Source: an uncultured delta proteobacterium (GTDB lineage: Bacteria > Desulfobacterota > Desulfobacteria > Desulfobacterales > UBA11574). Taken from it: 64,000 nt of DNA. Position 1 is the first letter of the stretch, and each line of letters opens with the position of its first letter. A program made the translations under genes and the position numbers. Location: NCBI GenBank assembly GCA_963790095.1, contig CAWBNO010000022.1, forward strand, positions 1,985 to 65,984, given 5' to 3'. The notes under the pieces are model-generated. The model made no database searches and had not been told where the DNA came from. It was given only the letters and a program-made list of their open reading frames with translations. This document shows positions 46,401 to 56,801 of this stretch, one piece after another.

Positions 46401-47051
46401 TTAACTGTCTTCTTGGGCATCCTTTAACGTCAAAGCACCCACCGGACATATTTTAACACAGACATCGCATTTTTCACAAGTCTGCAACGAAGCTTCCCCT
46501 TCACCGTAAGCGCTGATGACGGTATCGAACCCCCGCTCGGCAAAGGTCCAAACAGATTGACCATGCTCTCTCCGGCAAATGTGTACACATTTTCCGCACA
46601 AAACACATCGGTTGGGATAGTGGTTTAAAAAAGGGTGAATTTGGTCGACTTCTGTCTCTTTAAGATATCGTTCAAGCCCCTTGGGCTTTAAACCGACCTT
46701 TAGAAATTTGGCGATGCGCTGGAGTTCGCATTTTTTATTGGCCGGACAATGCTTGCAATCCACATGATGAACCGAAAGAAGCAGCCGAAGGGCGGATCGT
46801 TGCAACTGTCTCACGACCGGAGTGTCGGTTTTGACAACCATGTCGTCTTCGACGGCAACCGTGCAGGATGTTATCGGCTGTCTTTCCCCTTGGATTTCAA
46901 CAAAGCACATCCTGCACGACGCTGAAGGGTTTTCCATGCTTTCCAGAAAACAAAGGTTGGGAATATAGATGTCGTTGTCAAGGCAGGCCTGAAGTAATGT
47001 CGTCCCTTGCTTGGTTTCGATCTCCTTACCATCCACCCGGATTTTCGGCAT
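46401..47051 (-). CDS. NuoG-N-terminal-like Fe-S subunit (2Fe-2S plus 4Fe-4S clusters)
   Basis: 216 aa: RVDGKEIETKQGTTLLQACLDNDIYIPNLC...SCRMCFV, HHVDCKHCP, CVLCGKCVHIC, CEKCDVCVKICPVGA. Confidence 0.8.
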   Translation of the reverse strand: MPKIRVDGKEIETKQGTTLLQACLDNDIYIPNLCFLESMENPSASCRMCFVEIQGERQPITSCTVAVEDDMVVKTDTPVVRQLQRSALRLLLSVHHVDCKHCPANKKCELQRIAKFLKVGLKPKGLERYLKETEVDQIHPFLNHYPNRCVLCGKCVHICRREHGQSVWTFAERGFDTVISAYGEGEASLQTCEKCDVCVKICPVGALTLKDAQEDS

Positions 47052-47054
47052 GTC

Positions 47055-49004
47055 TTATCGTCCTTCTTCTTTTTTTTCCGGCATCTTCTCTATCAGAGGA
47101 ACCAGATTCGGAGGAGATACCTTTCTGACCGCATCATATTCCGGCGGGCAGGCCACCAGGCACTCGCCGCATTTTACGCAAAGTTCCTGGTCAACCCCTT
47201 TCTTGCGGTTGCTGGTGGTAAATACCGCTTCAACCGGGCAGCACGTGGCACAGGCATCACATCCCCGGGCGCACAGGTCCAAATCGAAATAAAAAGCGGT
47301 CAACGCCCGGCACATCAAGGCAGGGCAGCGTTTTTCTTTGACATGGGCCTCGTATTCTTCTCTGAAATATTTCAGTGAAGTGAGTACCGGATTCGGGGCG
47401 GTTTTACCCAAACCGCACAGTGACCCGGCTTTGATGTCCCGGCTCAAGGTTTCCAACAGCTCCAGATCACCGTCAAGGCCCTCCCCTTTTGTCAATCGTT
47501 GGAGTATTTTAAGAAGGTGGTAGGTCCCGATTCTGCAAAAGGTGCATTTCCCGCAAGATTCCTTTTGGGTGAAATCGAGGAAATATCGAGCGACTTCCAC
47601 CATGCAGGTATCTTCATCCATCACCACCATGCCGCCGGATCCCATCATCGCCCCGGCTTGGGTCAGAGAATCGAAGTCGATGGGGGTATCCAAGAAATCT
47701 TCATTCAGGCATCCGCCGGAAGGCCCGCCGATCTGAACAGCCTTGAATTTCTTTTTATTGGGAATCCCGCCGCAGATATCAAATATAAGGCTCCGCAGGG
47801 ATACGCCCATGGGGATCTCAACCAAACCCGCATGCACCACATTCCCCACGATGGAGAAAATAGCAGTGCCCGGGCTGTTTTCGGTCCCGATGTCTCTGTA
47901 CCAGGCCGCACCATTATTCAGTATGGGGGCCACGGAGGCCAGGGTCTTCACATTGTTGATGATCGTCGGCGTACCCCACAGTCCTTTTTCAACCGGATAA
48001 GGGGGACGGTGCCGGGGCATGCCCCGATACCCTTCGATGGATCGAATCAGGGCGGTTTCCTCACCACAGACAAAGGCACCGGATCCTTGGAACACATCAA
48101 TTTCCAAATCAAACCCGCTGCCCAGAATCCCTTTGCCCATAAGTCCCAGTTCTTCTGCCTGCCCAATGGCTTTTGTGACGATATTGACGGCCAGGGGATA
48201 TTCCGATCTGACATACACCACGGCTTTATGCGCGCCCACGGCATACGCACAGATAGCCATGCCTTCAATGACCTGATGCGGGTTGCTTTCCAGAATAGTT
48301 CTGTCCATGTATGCGCCGGGGTCCCCTTCATCTGCATTGCAGATGACGATTTTGTCCTGGGACAGGGTATTTCTTGCAAGTTTCCACTTTCTTCCCGTGG
48401 GAAATCCGGCGCCGCCCCTACCCCTTAAACCGGAATGCTCGATCTCGTTGATGATCTCGTCCGGGGAGCGCTGTAAAGCTTTGGCAAGGGTTGAATATCC
48501 GCCTTCGGCAATGTAGTCATAGATATCTTCGGGATTAATATGCCCGCATTTTTCCATAACGATCCGTTTTTCCTGGTTGAACCGTGGAAACTCCATGATC
48601 GAAGGAATCAGATCGTTTTCCTTGGTGGCACCGAGGATGTGTTCAAAGCGGGGGTCCCCTTCTCCCAAAAACAGTTTTACCAGCATTTGGGCTTTGCCCG
48701 CGGTAACTTCGGGATAGAAAATGGGGGGAAATCCGGAATCCGGATGATCGATGATAACCACCGGCTCTGCATAACAATGGCCGATACAGCCCACCGGATG
48801 AATGATGGCCTCCATATTACGTTTAGCGAGAATCTCTTCGAATGCCTTTTTGGTTTCAAGGGCCCCGGAGGCGATACCGCATGTGGCCATACCAATGTGA
48901 ATTTTGGGAACCGGCGCTTCTGTGAATGCCTTCCGGCGTTTTTCGGCCGCTTCAAGAATCACACTGAACTTCTGATCTATTTTTTCATTTTCCGGCGGAT
49001 TCAT
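47055..49004 (-). CDS. NuoF/HydB-like FMN- and NAD(H)-binding flavoprotein with extra N-terminal 2Fe-2S and C-terminal 2x4Fe-4S domains
   Basis: 649 aa: GLRGRGGAGFPTGRKW, ICNADEGDPGA, ESCGKCTFCR and C-terminal ferredoxin motifs. Confidence 0.85.
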   Translation of the reverse strand: MNPPENEKIDQKFSVILEAAEKRRKAFTEAPVPKIHIGMATCGIASGALETKKAFEEILAKRNMEAIIHPVGCIGHCYAEPVVIIDHPDSGFPPIFYPEVTAGKAQMLVKLFLGEGDPRFEHILGATKENDLIPSIMEFPRFNQEKRIVMEKCGHINPEDIYDYIAEGGYSTLAKALQRSPDEIINEIEHSGLRGRGGAGFPTGRKWKLARNTLSQDKIVICNADEGDPGAYMDRTILESNPHQVIEGMAICAYAVGAHKAVVYVRSEYPLAVNIVTKAIGQAEELGLMGKGILGSGFDLEIDVFQGSGAFVCGEETALIRSIEGYRGMPRHRPPYPVEKGLWGTPTIINNVKTLASVAPILNNGAAWYRDIGTENSPGTAIFSIVGNVVHAGLVEIPMGVSLRSLIFDICGGIPNKKKFKAVQIGGPSGGCLNEDFLDTPIDFDSLTQAGAMMGSGGMVVMDEDTCMVEVARYFLDFTQKESCGKCTFCRIGTYHLLKILQRLTKGEGLDGDLELLETLSRDIKAGSLCGLGKTAPNPVLTSLKYFREEYEAHVKEKRCPALMCRALTAFYFDLDLCARGCDACATCCPVEAVFTTSNRKKGVDQELCVKCGECLVACPPEYDAVRKVSPPNLVPLIEKMPEKKEEGR

Positions 49005-49521
49005 TTTTTTGTTTTTCTCTTTCTGCCATCTCTTTTTCTATTGCAATCCGCATGATAAGCCCTTCCACTTTGCTGGGGGCCATATGGGCATGAACGGTCT
49101 CGCCAATAATGGCTACGGGCGCCAGCGCGCAGCATCCCACACATGCGACCCTTTCGATGCTGAACTCTCGGTCCGGCGTGGTTTCACCTTCGGAGATCTC
49201 GAGCTTACGCTCAAAATTTTCGAGGATGATATCCCCCGCCCGGACATGACAGGCCGTCCCCAGACACACTTTGATGGGGTGTTTGCCAGGGGGATGAAAC
49301 CTGAATTGATTATAGAAAGTTGCAACCCCATAAACTTCGGATTCCGAAATTTCGAGGTGTTCTGCCACCATTTTAAGGGATTCACGGGGAAGATAGGCAA
49401 GTTCTTTCTGGATCATCTGAAGGATGGGAATTAGATTTCGTCTCTGTTTTTTAAGGGAAGTAATTTTTATTGCAACATGTTTAAGGGCCGCTTTGTCTTC
49501 ATCCGTTAATTCAATATTCAT
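48985..49521 (-). CDS. NuoE/HydC-like thioredoxin-fold 2Fe-2S subunit
   Basis: 178 aa: GKHPIKVCLGTACHVRG...VACVGCCALAP. Confidence 0.85.
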   Translation of the reverse strand: MNIELTDEDKAALKHVAIKITSLKKQRRNLIPILQMIQKELAYLPRESLKMVAEHLEISESEVYGVATFYNQFRFHPPGKHPIKVCLGTACHVRAGDIILENFERKLEISEGETTPDREFSIERVACVGCCALAPVAIIGETVHAHMAPSKVEGLIMRIAIEKEMAEREKQKNESAGK

Positions 49522-49837
49522 ATTGCGTTCCCTTTCAGACGAACCATTTCCATTATTCTGCTATGCATCTTTGGTTGGCATTATTCTTCCGAATCAGCTG
49601 AAATAAAAGAAATTAAAAAATCCACCTTTTATTATATTGTAAGAGAGGAAATGTCAAATAATAAGGGATGCGATCCGGAGTATATGCTTGACAAATCTGT
49701 TGAAACTGTCAGAGTATACTTTAGATTATATGTCGTTGAGACCCTTGAAAAAAGCTCTCTTTTGCCTGCCCGGTTAAATCCGTATTTAATGTTTAACCGG
49801 GGTCCAATCTCAACATTAAAAATAAAAGAGGTGGCAT

Positions 49838-50305
49838 ATGAACCCTATGGAAATAGAATATGCTTTGGGGAGTTGTGAGTTTTTCGAGTTGCTGGGAAAA
49901 AATGAACTATCTGAAATCGCTAAACTCTGCCAGCCGACAACCTATAAAAGTGGTGAATATGTATTTCAACAGGGCGATTACGGGGAGCGTATCTATGTTA
50001 TTGCCGACGGTTATATACATTTAGAACGGTCTGTGGATCTAGGGACACACAAGGGTAATATCGTCATCGAAACCCTCGGGAAGGGAAGAATTCTGGGCTG
50101 CTGGTCCACCCTGCTGAACATGCCCCACATCCTCATGTCTTCGGCCGTTTGTCAGAAACCGACCCACATCGTAACGCTCCGGGGCGCTGATTTGAGAAAG
50201 ATGATGATCGGTAACACCGAACTTGGATTTAATATTATGGAAAGACTCTGCTATTTACTTCGGGACAGATTACAGGCTGCATACGGCGCCATGGAGAAAA
50301 TATAG
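49838..50305 (+). CDS. Cyclic-nucleotide-binding-domain protein (no DNA-binding domain)
   Basis: 155 aa with a cNMP-binding-like fold (FQQGDYGERIYVIADG...LGKGRILG). Confidence 0.7.
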   Translation: MNPMEIEYALGSCEFFELLGKNELSEIAKLCQPTTYKSGEYVFQQGDYGERIYVIADGYIHLERSVDLGTHKGNIVIETLGKGRILGCWSTLLNMPHILMSSAVCQKPTHIVTLRGADLRKMMIGNTELGFNIMERLCYLLRDRLQAAYGAMEKI

Positions 50306-50309
50306 CATC

Positions 50310-52263
50310 ATGGACACAGTTAAAATATTATTTCTGCCCCACAATATAGAAACAACCGTTGCCCGTGGAGAAAACCTTATCCGTGCCGCCATGAAAGCAG
50401 GGGTTCATATTAATGCATCTTGTGGTGGGGAAGGTGTCTGCGGAAAGTGCAGGGTTATCATCGAGAACGGGGAGGTTGAAGGAGGGATATCGGAAAAGCT
50501 GAGCACCGAAGACCTGAACAACGGGTATCGCCAGGCCTGTCTGGCCGCTGTTAAAAGGGATCTTGTGGTACGCATCCCCATAGAGTCGGAAGTCGATGCA
50601 GGGGTTCTTAATCTCCAGACAACGCCGCGAAGGACGGCCGGGATCTGGGAAATGAATCTCGAAGATCTAAAGGATAAAGGACTTTTCATCCCGCCGGTGG
50701 AAAAGAAATATCTCCAGGTTCCGGAGCCGACCTTACAGGATAACCTTCCAGATGTAACCCGACTCGTCTCTTTTTTGAAAGCTAAATTCGACGAACACCG
50801 TCTGGTGGTTCGGCTTCCCGTTATCCGGAAAATTCCGGACATCTTGAGAAAAGACGGCTTCAGAGTTACCGCTACCCTTGCCCGGCCGGTTCAATCCGGA
50901 AGAAAGACCCACATCATAAATGTTCAGCCCGGGGATACCACCGATCGAAATTATGCAATTGCCGTGGACATCGGAACAACCACCGTCTACGGCCAACTGG
51001 TCGACCTTAAAACAGGGGGTGTTCTGGCCCAGTTTGGCGACTACAACGGCCAGATCAGTTATGGTGAAGACGTCATCAGCAGAATCATTTATGCGGGGAA
51101 ACCCGAGGGTCTACAGAAGCTTCACGAGGTGGTTATTCATACCATCAACACGTTAATCAAGAAGATGGTCAAACAGGCCCGGATCGATCTCGACGAAATT
51201 TCCACCATTACCATGGCCGGCAATACAACCATGACCCAGCTCATGCTGAAGATCGACCCCAAATATATTCGGCTTTCACCCTATGTGCCGGCGTCAACCC
51301 TCTATCCCCCCATCAGTGCAGTTGAACTGGGCCTTGCCCTTGGGGACCATGTCACCGCTTTGGTATACCCGGCGGTTTCGAGTTATGTTGGGGGCGACAT
51401 TGTGGCCGGCGTAATGGGGTCGGGAATGTATCGCACCGAAGATTTGACGCTTTTCATGGATATCGGAACCAATGCAGAGATTGTCATCGGCAATAAAGAC
51501 TGGCTTGCCTGTGCATCCTGTTCCGCCGGGCCGGCATTTGAAGGGGGCGGCGTAAAGTTTGGAATGCGCGCCGCCAAAGGTGCCATTGAAGATTTTTCCA
51601 TGGATCCCGTGACATTCGAACCCATGAATATTACCATCGGCAATGTCAGACCCAAAGGGTATCTGCGGCTCTGGACTGATCATCATCGCAGCAACCCTGT
51701 TTGAAATGGGTGTCATCGATAACCAGGGCAAATTCAACCGGGACCTCGATACCCCCCGTGTTCGGAAAACCGATGGTATTTTCGAGTACGTCCTTGCCTG
51801 GAAGGATGAAACCGAGATCGGCAGAGATATTGCCTTAACTGAACCGGACCTTGACAATCTCATACGCGCCAAAGGGGCGATTTACAGCGGTTGCATCACC
51901 CTCCTGGAAGAGGTGGGTCTTACGATGCAAGATATCGACCGAATTTATTTGGCAGGGGGATTTGGAAGCTATGTGGACCTGGAAAAGGCCATGGTGATCG
52001 GTCTGTTGCCTGAAATGGACCTGGATAGAATTCGGTTTATCGGCAACGGGTCTTTAATGGGGGCAAAAATGAGTTCTCTGACCAACCGCATCAGAAAAGA
52101 TGTGGTGGAAGTAACCAAGAGGATGACAAATTTCGAGCTGTCGGAAACACCCTCTTTTATGGATAATTACGTGGCCGCTCTTTTTCTGCCACATACCGAC
52201 ATGGATAAGTTCCCCAAACTCAAAGGACGCCTAAAAGCCCGTAGGGCTCTAAAAACAAACTAG
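50310..52263 (+). pseudogene. RACo-like protein (2Fe-2S ferredoxin + ASKHA ATPase; reductive activator of corrinoid proteins family, COG3894) interrupted by a +1 frameshift at 51651-51660
   Basis: Track ORFs 50223..51704 and 51643..52263 overlap in different frames. The first carries CGGEGVCGKCRV. The junction reads ...ITIGNVRPKG | ICGSGLIII.., which is continuous if one base of CCCAAAGGG is removed. Confidence 0.7.
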
Positions 52264-53444
52264 TTTCCATCCATAAATGGTCTTTTTTGCCCGGATCTGC
52301 GATCCATCACCTGGGCGCCCTTCAGAACCAGTCCCCCTGTCATGGCAATAAAGCTGCTGATCATAAACATTTTAAATGTCCCCAAAATTTCAAAAAAATA
52401 GCCGCTCACGAAAAGTCCAACCATGAGGCCGAGCCCATAGGTTGTCGCGTTGTTTACCGACTGCCCCAGAGTTTTGGTTTCATCGGGTGATAAGGAATCG
52501 ATGTATAAAATACTCGCCACATGAAACGTTCCATAGGTCACCGCGTGAAGAATTTGTAAGGACAGGATCGACGCTGGAGATGTGGCAAAAAAGAGCCCAA
52601 ACCACCTTAGTGCCGCCACCATGAATGAAAAGACCAGAACATTATCGATGGTAAAACGTTTGAAGATCATATCCGATTTTATCATCACGACAATTTCTGC
52701 AATGGATGCCAGTGCCCATGAGATCCCGATAAATGTCTTTCCGTATCCCAGGTTTTCAAGATGAATGGAATAAAAACCGTAGTAGGTTCCATGACTCACC
52801 AGCATTAAAAACGCACAGAACAGAAACACCACCACACGTCTTTTTAAAAGGACTTTGACTTTCGAAGAAAAAGAGGTTTTCTTCTTGATCTGAATATCCG
52901 GGATCTTAAAGGAAATCAGTGCCAGTGCCAGAGATCCGCAGAAAATGAGTATGAGAATTATTCGGATGGAATAGAGGTCTATAATCCGCCCCAGCACGAT
53001 GACAGTAATGATAAAAGCGATGGAGCCCCATCCCCGAATCGTCCCGTAGCGTTTCTTTTTTGGGCCCAAAACGTCCATGGTAAAGGCTTCGAGAAAGGAA
53101 ATGATGGGGGCGTAAAATATGCCGTAAAAAACGGTGATAAAAAGCATGGGCCAAAAGTCGGTGGTGAAGAAGTAAAAACCCCATATTGCGACACTGATCA
53201 AATTACAAAAAATATATATCGGTCTTCTAATTTGAAAACGGTCCGCCAAAATTCCCCAGGCCAGTGAGAATAAAATTAAGGCCACGGACCTGACGGCGGA
53301 CAGCGTACCGATTTGAAGCCCGCTAAAATCGAGGTGATAGCAGTATAAATTAAAATAGGGCAAAAAAATGCCCATGACGCCAAAGTATAAAAAATACTGA
53401 GAGCCGATGATAAGCTTAAATGAATTTTTAAAATGTCGATCCAT
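52260..53444 (-). CDS. MFS transporter (MFS_1_like/HcaT-like)
   Basis: 394 aa with about 12 predicted hydrophobic helices. Assigned by family resemblance. Confidence 0.75.
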   Translation of the reverse strand: MDRHFKNSFKLIIGSQYFLYFGVMGIFLPYFNLYCYHLDFSGLQIGTLSAVRSVALILFSLAWGILADRFQIRRPIYIFCNLISVAIWGFYFFTTDFWPMLFITVFYGIFYAPIISFLEAFTMDVLGPKKKRYGTIRGWGSIAFIITVIVLGRIIDLYSIRIILILIFCGSLALALISFKIPDIQIKKKTSFSSKVKVLLKRRVVVFLFCAFLMLVSHGTYYGFYSIHLENLGYGKTFIGISWALASIAEIVVMIKSDMIFKRFTIDNVLVFSFMVAALRWFGLFFATSPASILSLQILHAVTYGTFHVASILYIDSLSPDETKTLGQSVNNATTYGLGLMVGLFVSGYFFEILGTFKMFMISSFIAMTGGLVLKGAQVMDRRSGQKRPFMDGN

Positions 53445-53957
53445 TGGGTTTTTAATATTTCATTTAAGGACAAAATACAATTTTTATCTATAAACAGAAT
53501 ACACCCTTTTCGTAATTGACTGACAAGATTCGCGGGGTGAACCCATTTGATTTCGGCACAGCGAAGCGACGGCGTGTTTCTCTTGGAAACCGACGGGCTG
53601 TTTGAAGGGCTTTAGCACGCGTTAGACAGAGCCGAATGAAATTATAATTTAAAACATCCATTGGATATTTTTTTCGACGAATGATTCTTTATAACTCTGG
53701 CACGGCTCGGGCTTACGGGTGCTCGAGCACAAGTTCCCGTCGGTTGAAAAGAGATATGCGCCGTCGTGGAGCGTTCTCTCTCTATTGGGATTCAAATGCC
53801 TTTGCCCTGACAATATTCGGGACTTTTCTTTACAAACACCTTGTTCGGTGTTAATATTCGGACATTGAAGTTCCCTGAAGCCCCGCCAAGCGGGATGAAT
53901 CGACGCATCAGCTTGTGATTGTTTTTGAACCAACCCTTAGCGCCCAGGAGCTTTAAA

Positions 53958-54404
53958 ATGGATTATATCAAAATACGATTCACCGACGGTTTTGATCATC
54001 TAGATTCCAAGTTCGAAAGAACAGTGGAGGATCTCTTTAGATCGATAAATCCTATGTTTACGATATCCGAACGGACGTGGAGGCCTCAAATGGATATCTA
54101 TGAAACGCCGGACGAAATAATTATCATGGGTGAAATCGCCGGGGTGACAAAAGAGGATCTGGAGCTGGAAATCAGCAGTAAAGCCGTTAAGATTCAAGGA
54201 AACCGTGACCCGATAACACGCATGGAAAATGCGACATACCGTCTGGCGGAAATACAGTATGGTAATTTTGAGCGCATACTCTATCTGCCTGCGCCCATCG
54301 ACCCTGAGGTTGTTTCCGCCTCATATTCCAACGGATTTCTTCAGGTTCGACTTGCCAAGCTTTCCCTTGATAAGACTTTCAAGGTCCCGATTACAGAGCG
54401 ATAG
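53958..54404 (+). CDS. Hsp20/alpha-crystallin small heat-shock protein
   Basis: WRPQMDIYETPDEIIIMGEIAGVTKEDLELE...GNFERILYLPAPID. The start is reset to ATG 53958 (AGGAG 7 nt upstream). Confidence 0.85.
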   Translation: MDYIKIRFTDGFDHLDSKFERTVEDLFRSINPMFTISERTWRPQMDIYETPDEIIIMGEIAGVTKEDLELEISSKAVKIQGNRDPITRMENATYRLAEIQYGNFERILYLPAPIDPEVVSASYSNGFLQVRLAKLSLDKTFKVPITER

Positions 54405-54452
54405 CGTTAAAAAAATCAGAATTCCTTTGTATGAAACGATTTGGAGGTTCAC

Positions 54453-56801
54453 ATGATAGAACAGCAGCCATCACCTGAACTCAGCGCGAAAAAACTTCCG
54501 GAACTTCTTCCGATTCTTCCATTGTTTGACGCGGCGCTTTTCCCAAAAATGGTTTTGCCCCTGGTTGTTATGCAGCCGGAATCGATTAAGCTGGTGGACG
54601 AAGCCATGTCCCACAATCGACTCATAGGGCTGATTTTAGTCAAAAAGCCCTCCGAAGACACCGTTCATGCTATGGAGGATCTGAACACCGTGGGCACCAG
54701 CGCAATGATTCTTAAAATGGCAAAAACCGAAGACAATAAATTGCAATTGCTGGCCCAGGGATTGGAAAGATTCAAGGTCAAAGAATATGTGCAAGAAACG
54801 CCGTATCTTCGGGCCAAGGTCGAACATATTAAAGACATAGATACAAAAGACAAAGAGACAGAGGCCCTGATGTCCAACATGATCGACCAGTTTACCAGAA
54901 TTGCCGAACTTTCTCCCGGGTTGCCCCAGGAAATAGTGGTGATGGCAAGATCCATAAGAGAACCCGGCATATTGGGGGATATGATTGCCTCCACCATCAA
55001 CTCCAGCCTTGAAGAAAAACAGAAAGTCCTGGAAATTTTTGACACGAATAAACGGTTAAAAGAAGTGACTCGGCTGGTTAACCATCAGTTGGAAATCCTC
55101 GAGCTGGGAAACAAAATTCAATCCCAGGTCAAAGGAGATATGGATAAACGGCAGCGGGAATACTATCTTCGCGAGCAGCTCAAAGCCATCAAAGAAGAAT
55201 TGGGCGAAAAAGATGAAGCCGCTGTGGAAGTTGAAGATTACCGGGCAAAAATCGATGAAAAAAACCTTCCCGAGGAAGCTCTCAAGGAGGCTGAACGGGA
55301 ACTGAACCGCCTTTCCCGAATGCATCCGTCTTCAGCGGAATATACCGTGGCATCTACCTATCTGGACTGGCTCACCGCACTTCCCTGGCATGAGAGTACA
55401 AAAGACAACCTTGACATCAAAAAGGCCAGACAAATTTTAGATAAAGAACACTTTGGCCTGGACAAAGCCAAAAAGCGAATTCTGGAATATCTGGCAGTAC
55501 GCAAGTTAAAACCGGAGTCAAAGGGACCCATTCTTTGCTTTGTCGGTCCCCCCGGTACGGGAAAAACATCTCTGGGCCGCTCCATCGCCGAGGCTTTAGG
55601 CCGGCAGTTTTTCCGAATTTCACTCGGCGGCGTGAGGGATGAGGCTGAAATAAGGGGACATCGACGCACTTATGTCGGTGCGCTCCCCGGCCGCATTATT
55701 CAGGGGATACGACGATCCGGATCGAACAATCCCGTATTTATGCTCGACGAAATTGATAAGGTTGGAAGCGATTTTAGAGGGGATCCATCGTCTGCACTTC
55801 TGGAAGTTCTCGATCCTGAACAGAACTTTTCTTTTTCAGATCATTATCTGGACGTGCCCTTTGACCTGTCAAAGGTGATGTTCATAACCACCGCCAATAT
55901 TCTGGATACCATCCCGCCTGCACTGCGGGACAGAATGGAGGTCCTGAAGCTTCTCGGCTATACACTCGACGAAAAAATCAGAATCGCCAACCGCTTTCTA
56001 ATCCCCCGTCAACGTGAAGCCCATGGACTTCAGCGCAAACAATTGTCTTTTACAAAAGGCGCTGTAAAACAGATTATATCCGGATATACCCGGGAAGCCG
56101 GCTTGAGAAATCTCGAACGTGAAATTGCATCCATCTGTCGCGGCGTTGCTGCCAGTGTCGCTGAAAATAAAGTTGGATCCGTTACGATCAAGGTTGAAAA
56201 TATTTCCGAGTACCTCGGGCCCCTTCGATTGATTGCGGAAGCAAAGGCTAGAACTTCAATTCCCGGAGTGGCAACGGGGCTTGCCTGGACAGAGACCGGC
56301 GGTGAACTCCTCTTTATTGAAGCAACCTCCATGCGGGGTGGTAAAGGCCTTACCCTGACGGGCCAGCTTGGAGATGTCATGAAAGAATCCGCAACCGCGG
56401 CATTGAGTTTTATTCGATCGAATTCCGAAACCATCGGCATTCCAGAAGATTATTTCGAAAAACACGATATTCATATTCATGTTCCGGCGGGCGCCATTCC
56501 CAAAGACGGTCCTTCAGCCGGTGTCACCATGCTGACGGCACTGACATCGTTACTGACCCATAAAACCATCAAAAAAGATCTTGCCATGACCGGCGAAATA
56601 ACATTAAGAGGTCAGGTTCTCCCGGTTGGCGGCGTCAAGGAAAAGGTCCTGGCAGCCCATCGTGCGGGCATAAAAACGATTATCATTCCAAAATGGAACG
56701 AAAAAGATCTGGAAGACATCCCCAAAGAGATTCAAAAAAAGATTCGCTTCTACCCTGTGGAAAGGATGCTGGATGTTTTGAAAATCGCATTTGAAAAATA
56801 G
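54453..56801 (+). CDS. lon: ATP-dependent Lon protease
   Basis: GPPGTGKTS Walker A and the PKDGPSAG catalytic Ser motif. The ATG at 54453 is preferred (GGAGG 5 nt upstream); the track start is TTG 54441. Confidence 0.95.
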   Translation: MIEQQPSPELSAKKLPELLPILPLFDAALFPKMVLPLVVMQPESIKLVDEAMSHNRLIGLILVKKPSEDTVHAMEDLNTVGTSAMILKMAKTEDNKLQLLAQGLERFKVKEYVQETPYLRAKVEHIKDIDTKDKETEALMSNMIDQFTRIAELSPGLPQEIVVMARSIREPGILGDMIASTINSSLEEKQKVLEIFDTNKRLKEVTRLVNHQLEILELGNKIQSQVKGDMDKRQREYYLREQLKAIKEELGEKDEAAVEVEDYRAKIDEKNLPEEALKEAERELNRLSRMHPSSAEYTVASTYLDWLTALPWHESTKDNLDIKKARQILDKEHFGLDKAKKRILEYLAVRKLKPESKGPILCFVGPPGTGKTSLGRSIAEALGRQFFRISLGGVRDEAEIRGHRRTYVGALPGRIIQGIRRSGSNNPVFMLDEIDKVGSDFRGDPSSALLEVLDPEQNFSFSDHYLDVPFDLSKVMFITTANILDTIPPALRDRMEVLKLLGYTLDEKIRIANRFLIPRQREAHGLQRKQLSFTKGAVKQIISGYTREAGLRNLEREIASICRGVAASVAENKVGSVTIKVENISEYLGPLRLIAEAKARTSIPGVATGLAWTETGGELLFIEATSMRGGKGLTLTGQLGDVMKESATAALSFIRSNSETIGIPEDYFEKHDIHIHVPAGAIPKDGPSAGVTMLTALTSLLTHKTIKKDLAMTGEITLRGQVLPVGGVKEKVLAAHRAGIKTIIIPKWNEKDLEDIPKEIQKKIRFYPVERMLDVLKIAFEK

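Noticed and set aside
47499-48428. 309-aa plus-strand ORF
   Set aside because: It is antisense to the NuoF-like gene, whose motifs are unambiguous. The sequence is low-complexity and His/Gly/Arg-rich.
53706-53722. TGGCACGGCTCGGGCTT upstream of hsp20 as a sigma-54 promoter, and a nearby TTAGCAC as a CIRCE element
   Set aside because: The -12 element reads GGGC rather than TTGC and lies about 240 nt from the start codon. The TTAGCAC has no inverted partner at 9-nt spacing.
53649-53933. 94-aa minus-strand ORF upstream of hsp20
   Set aside because: It has no SD and no recognisable family, and it overlaps the likely hsp20 regulatory region.
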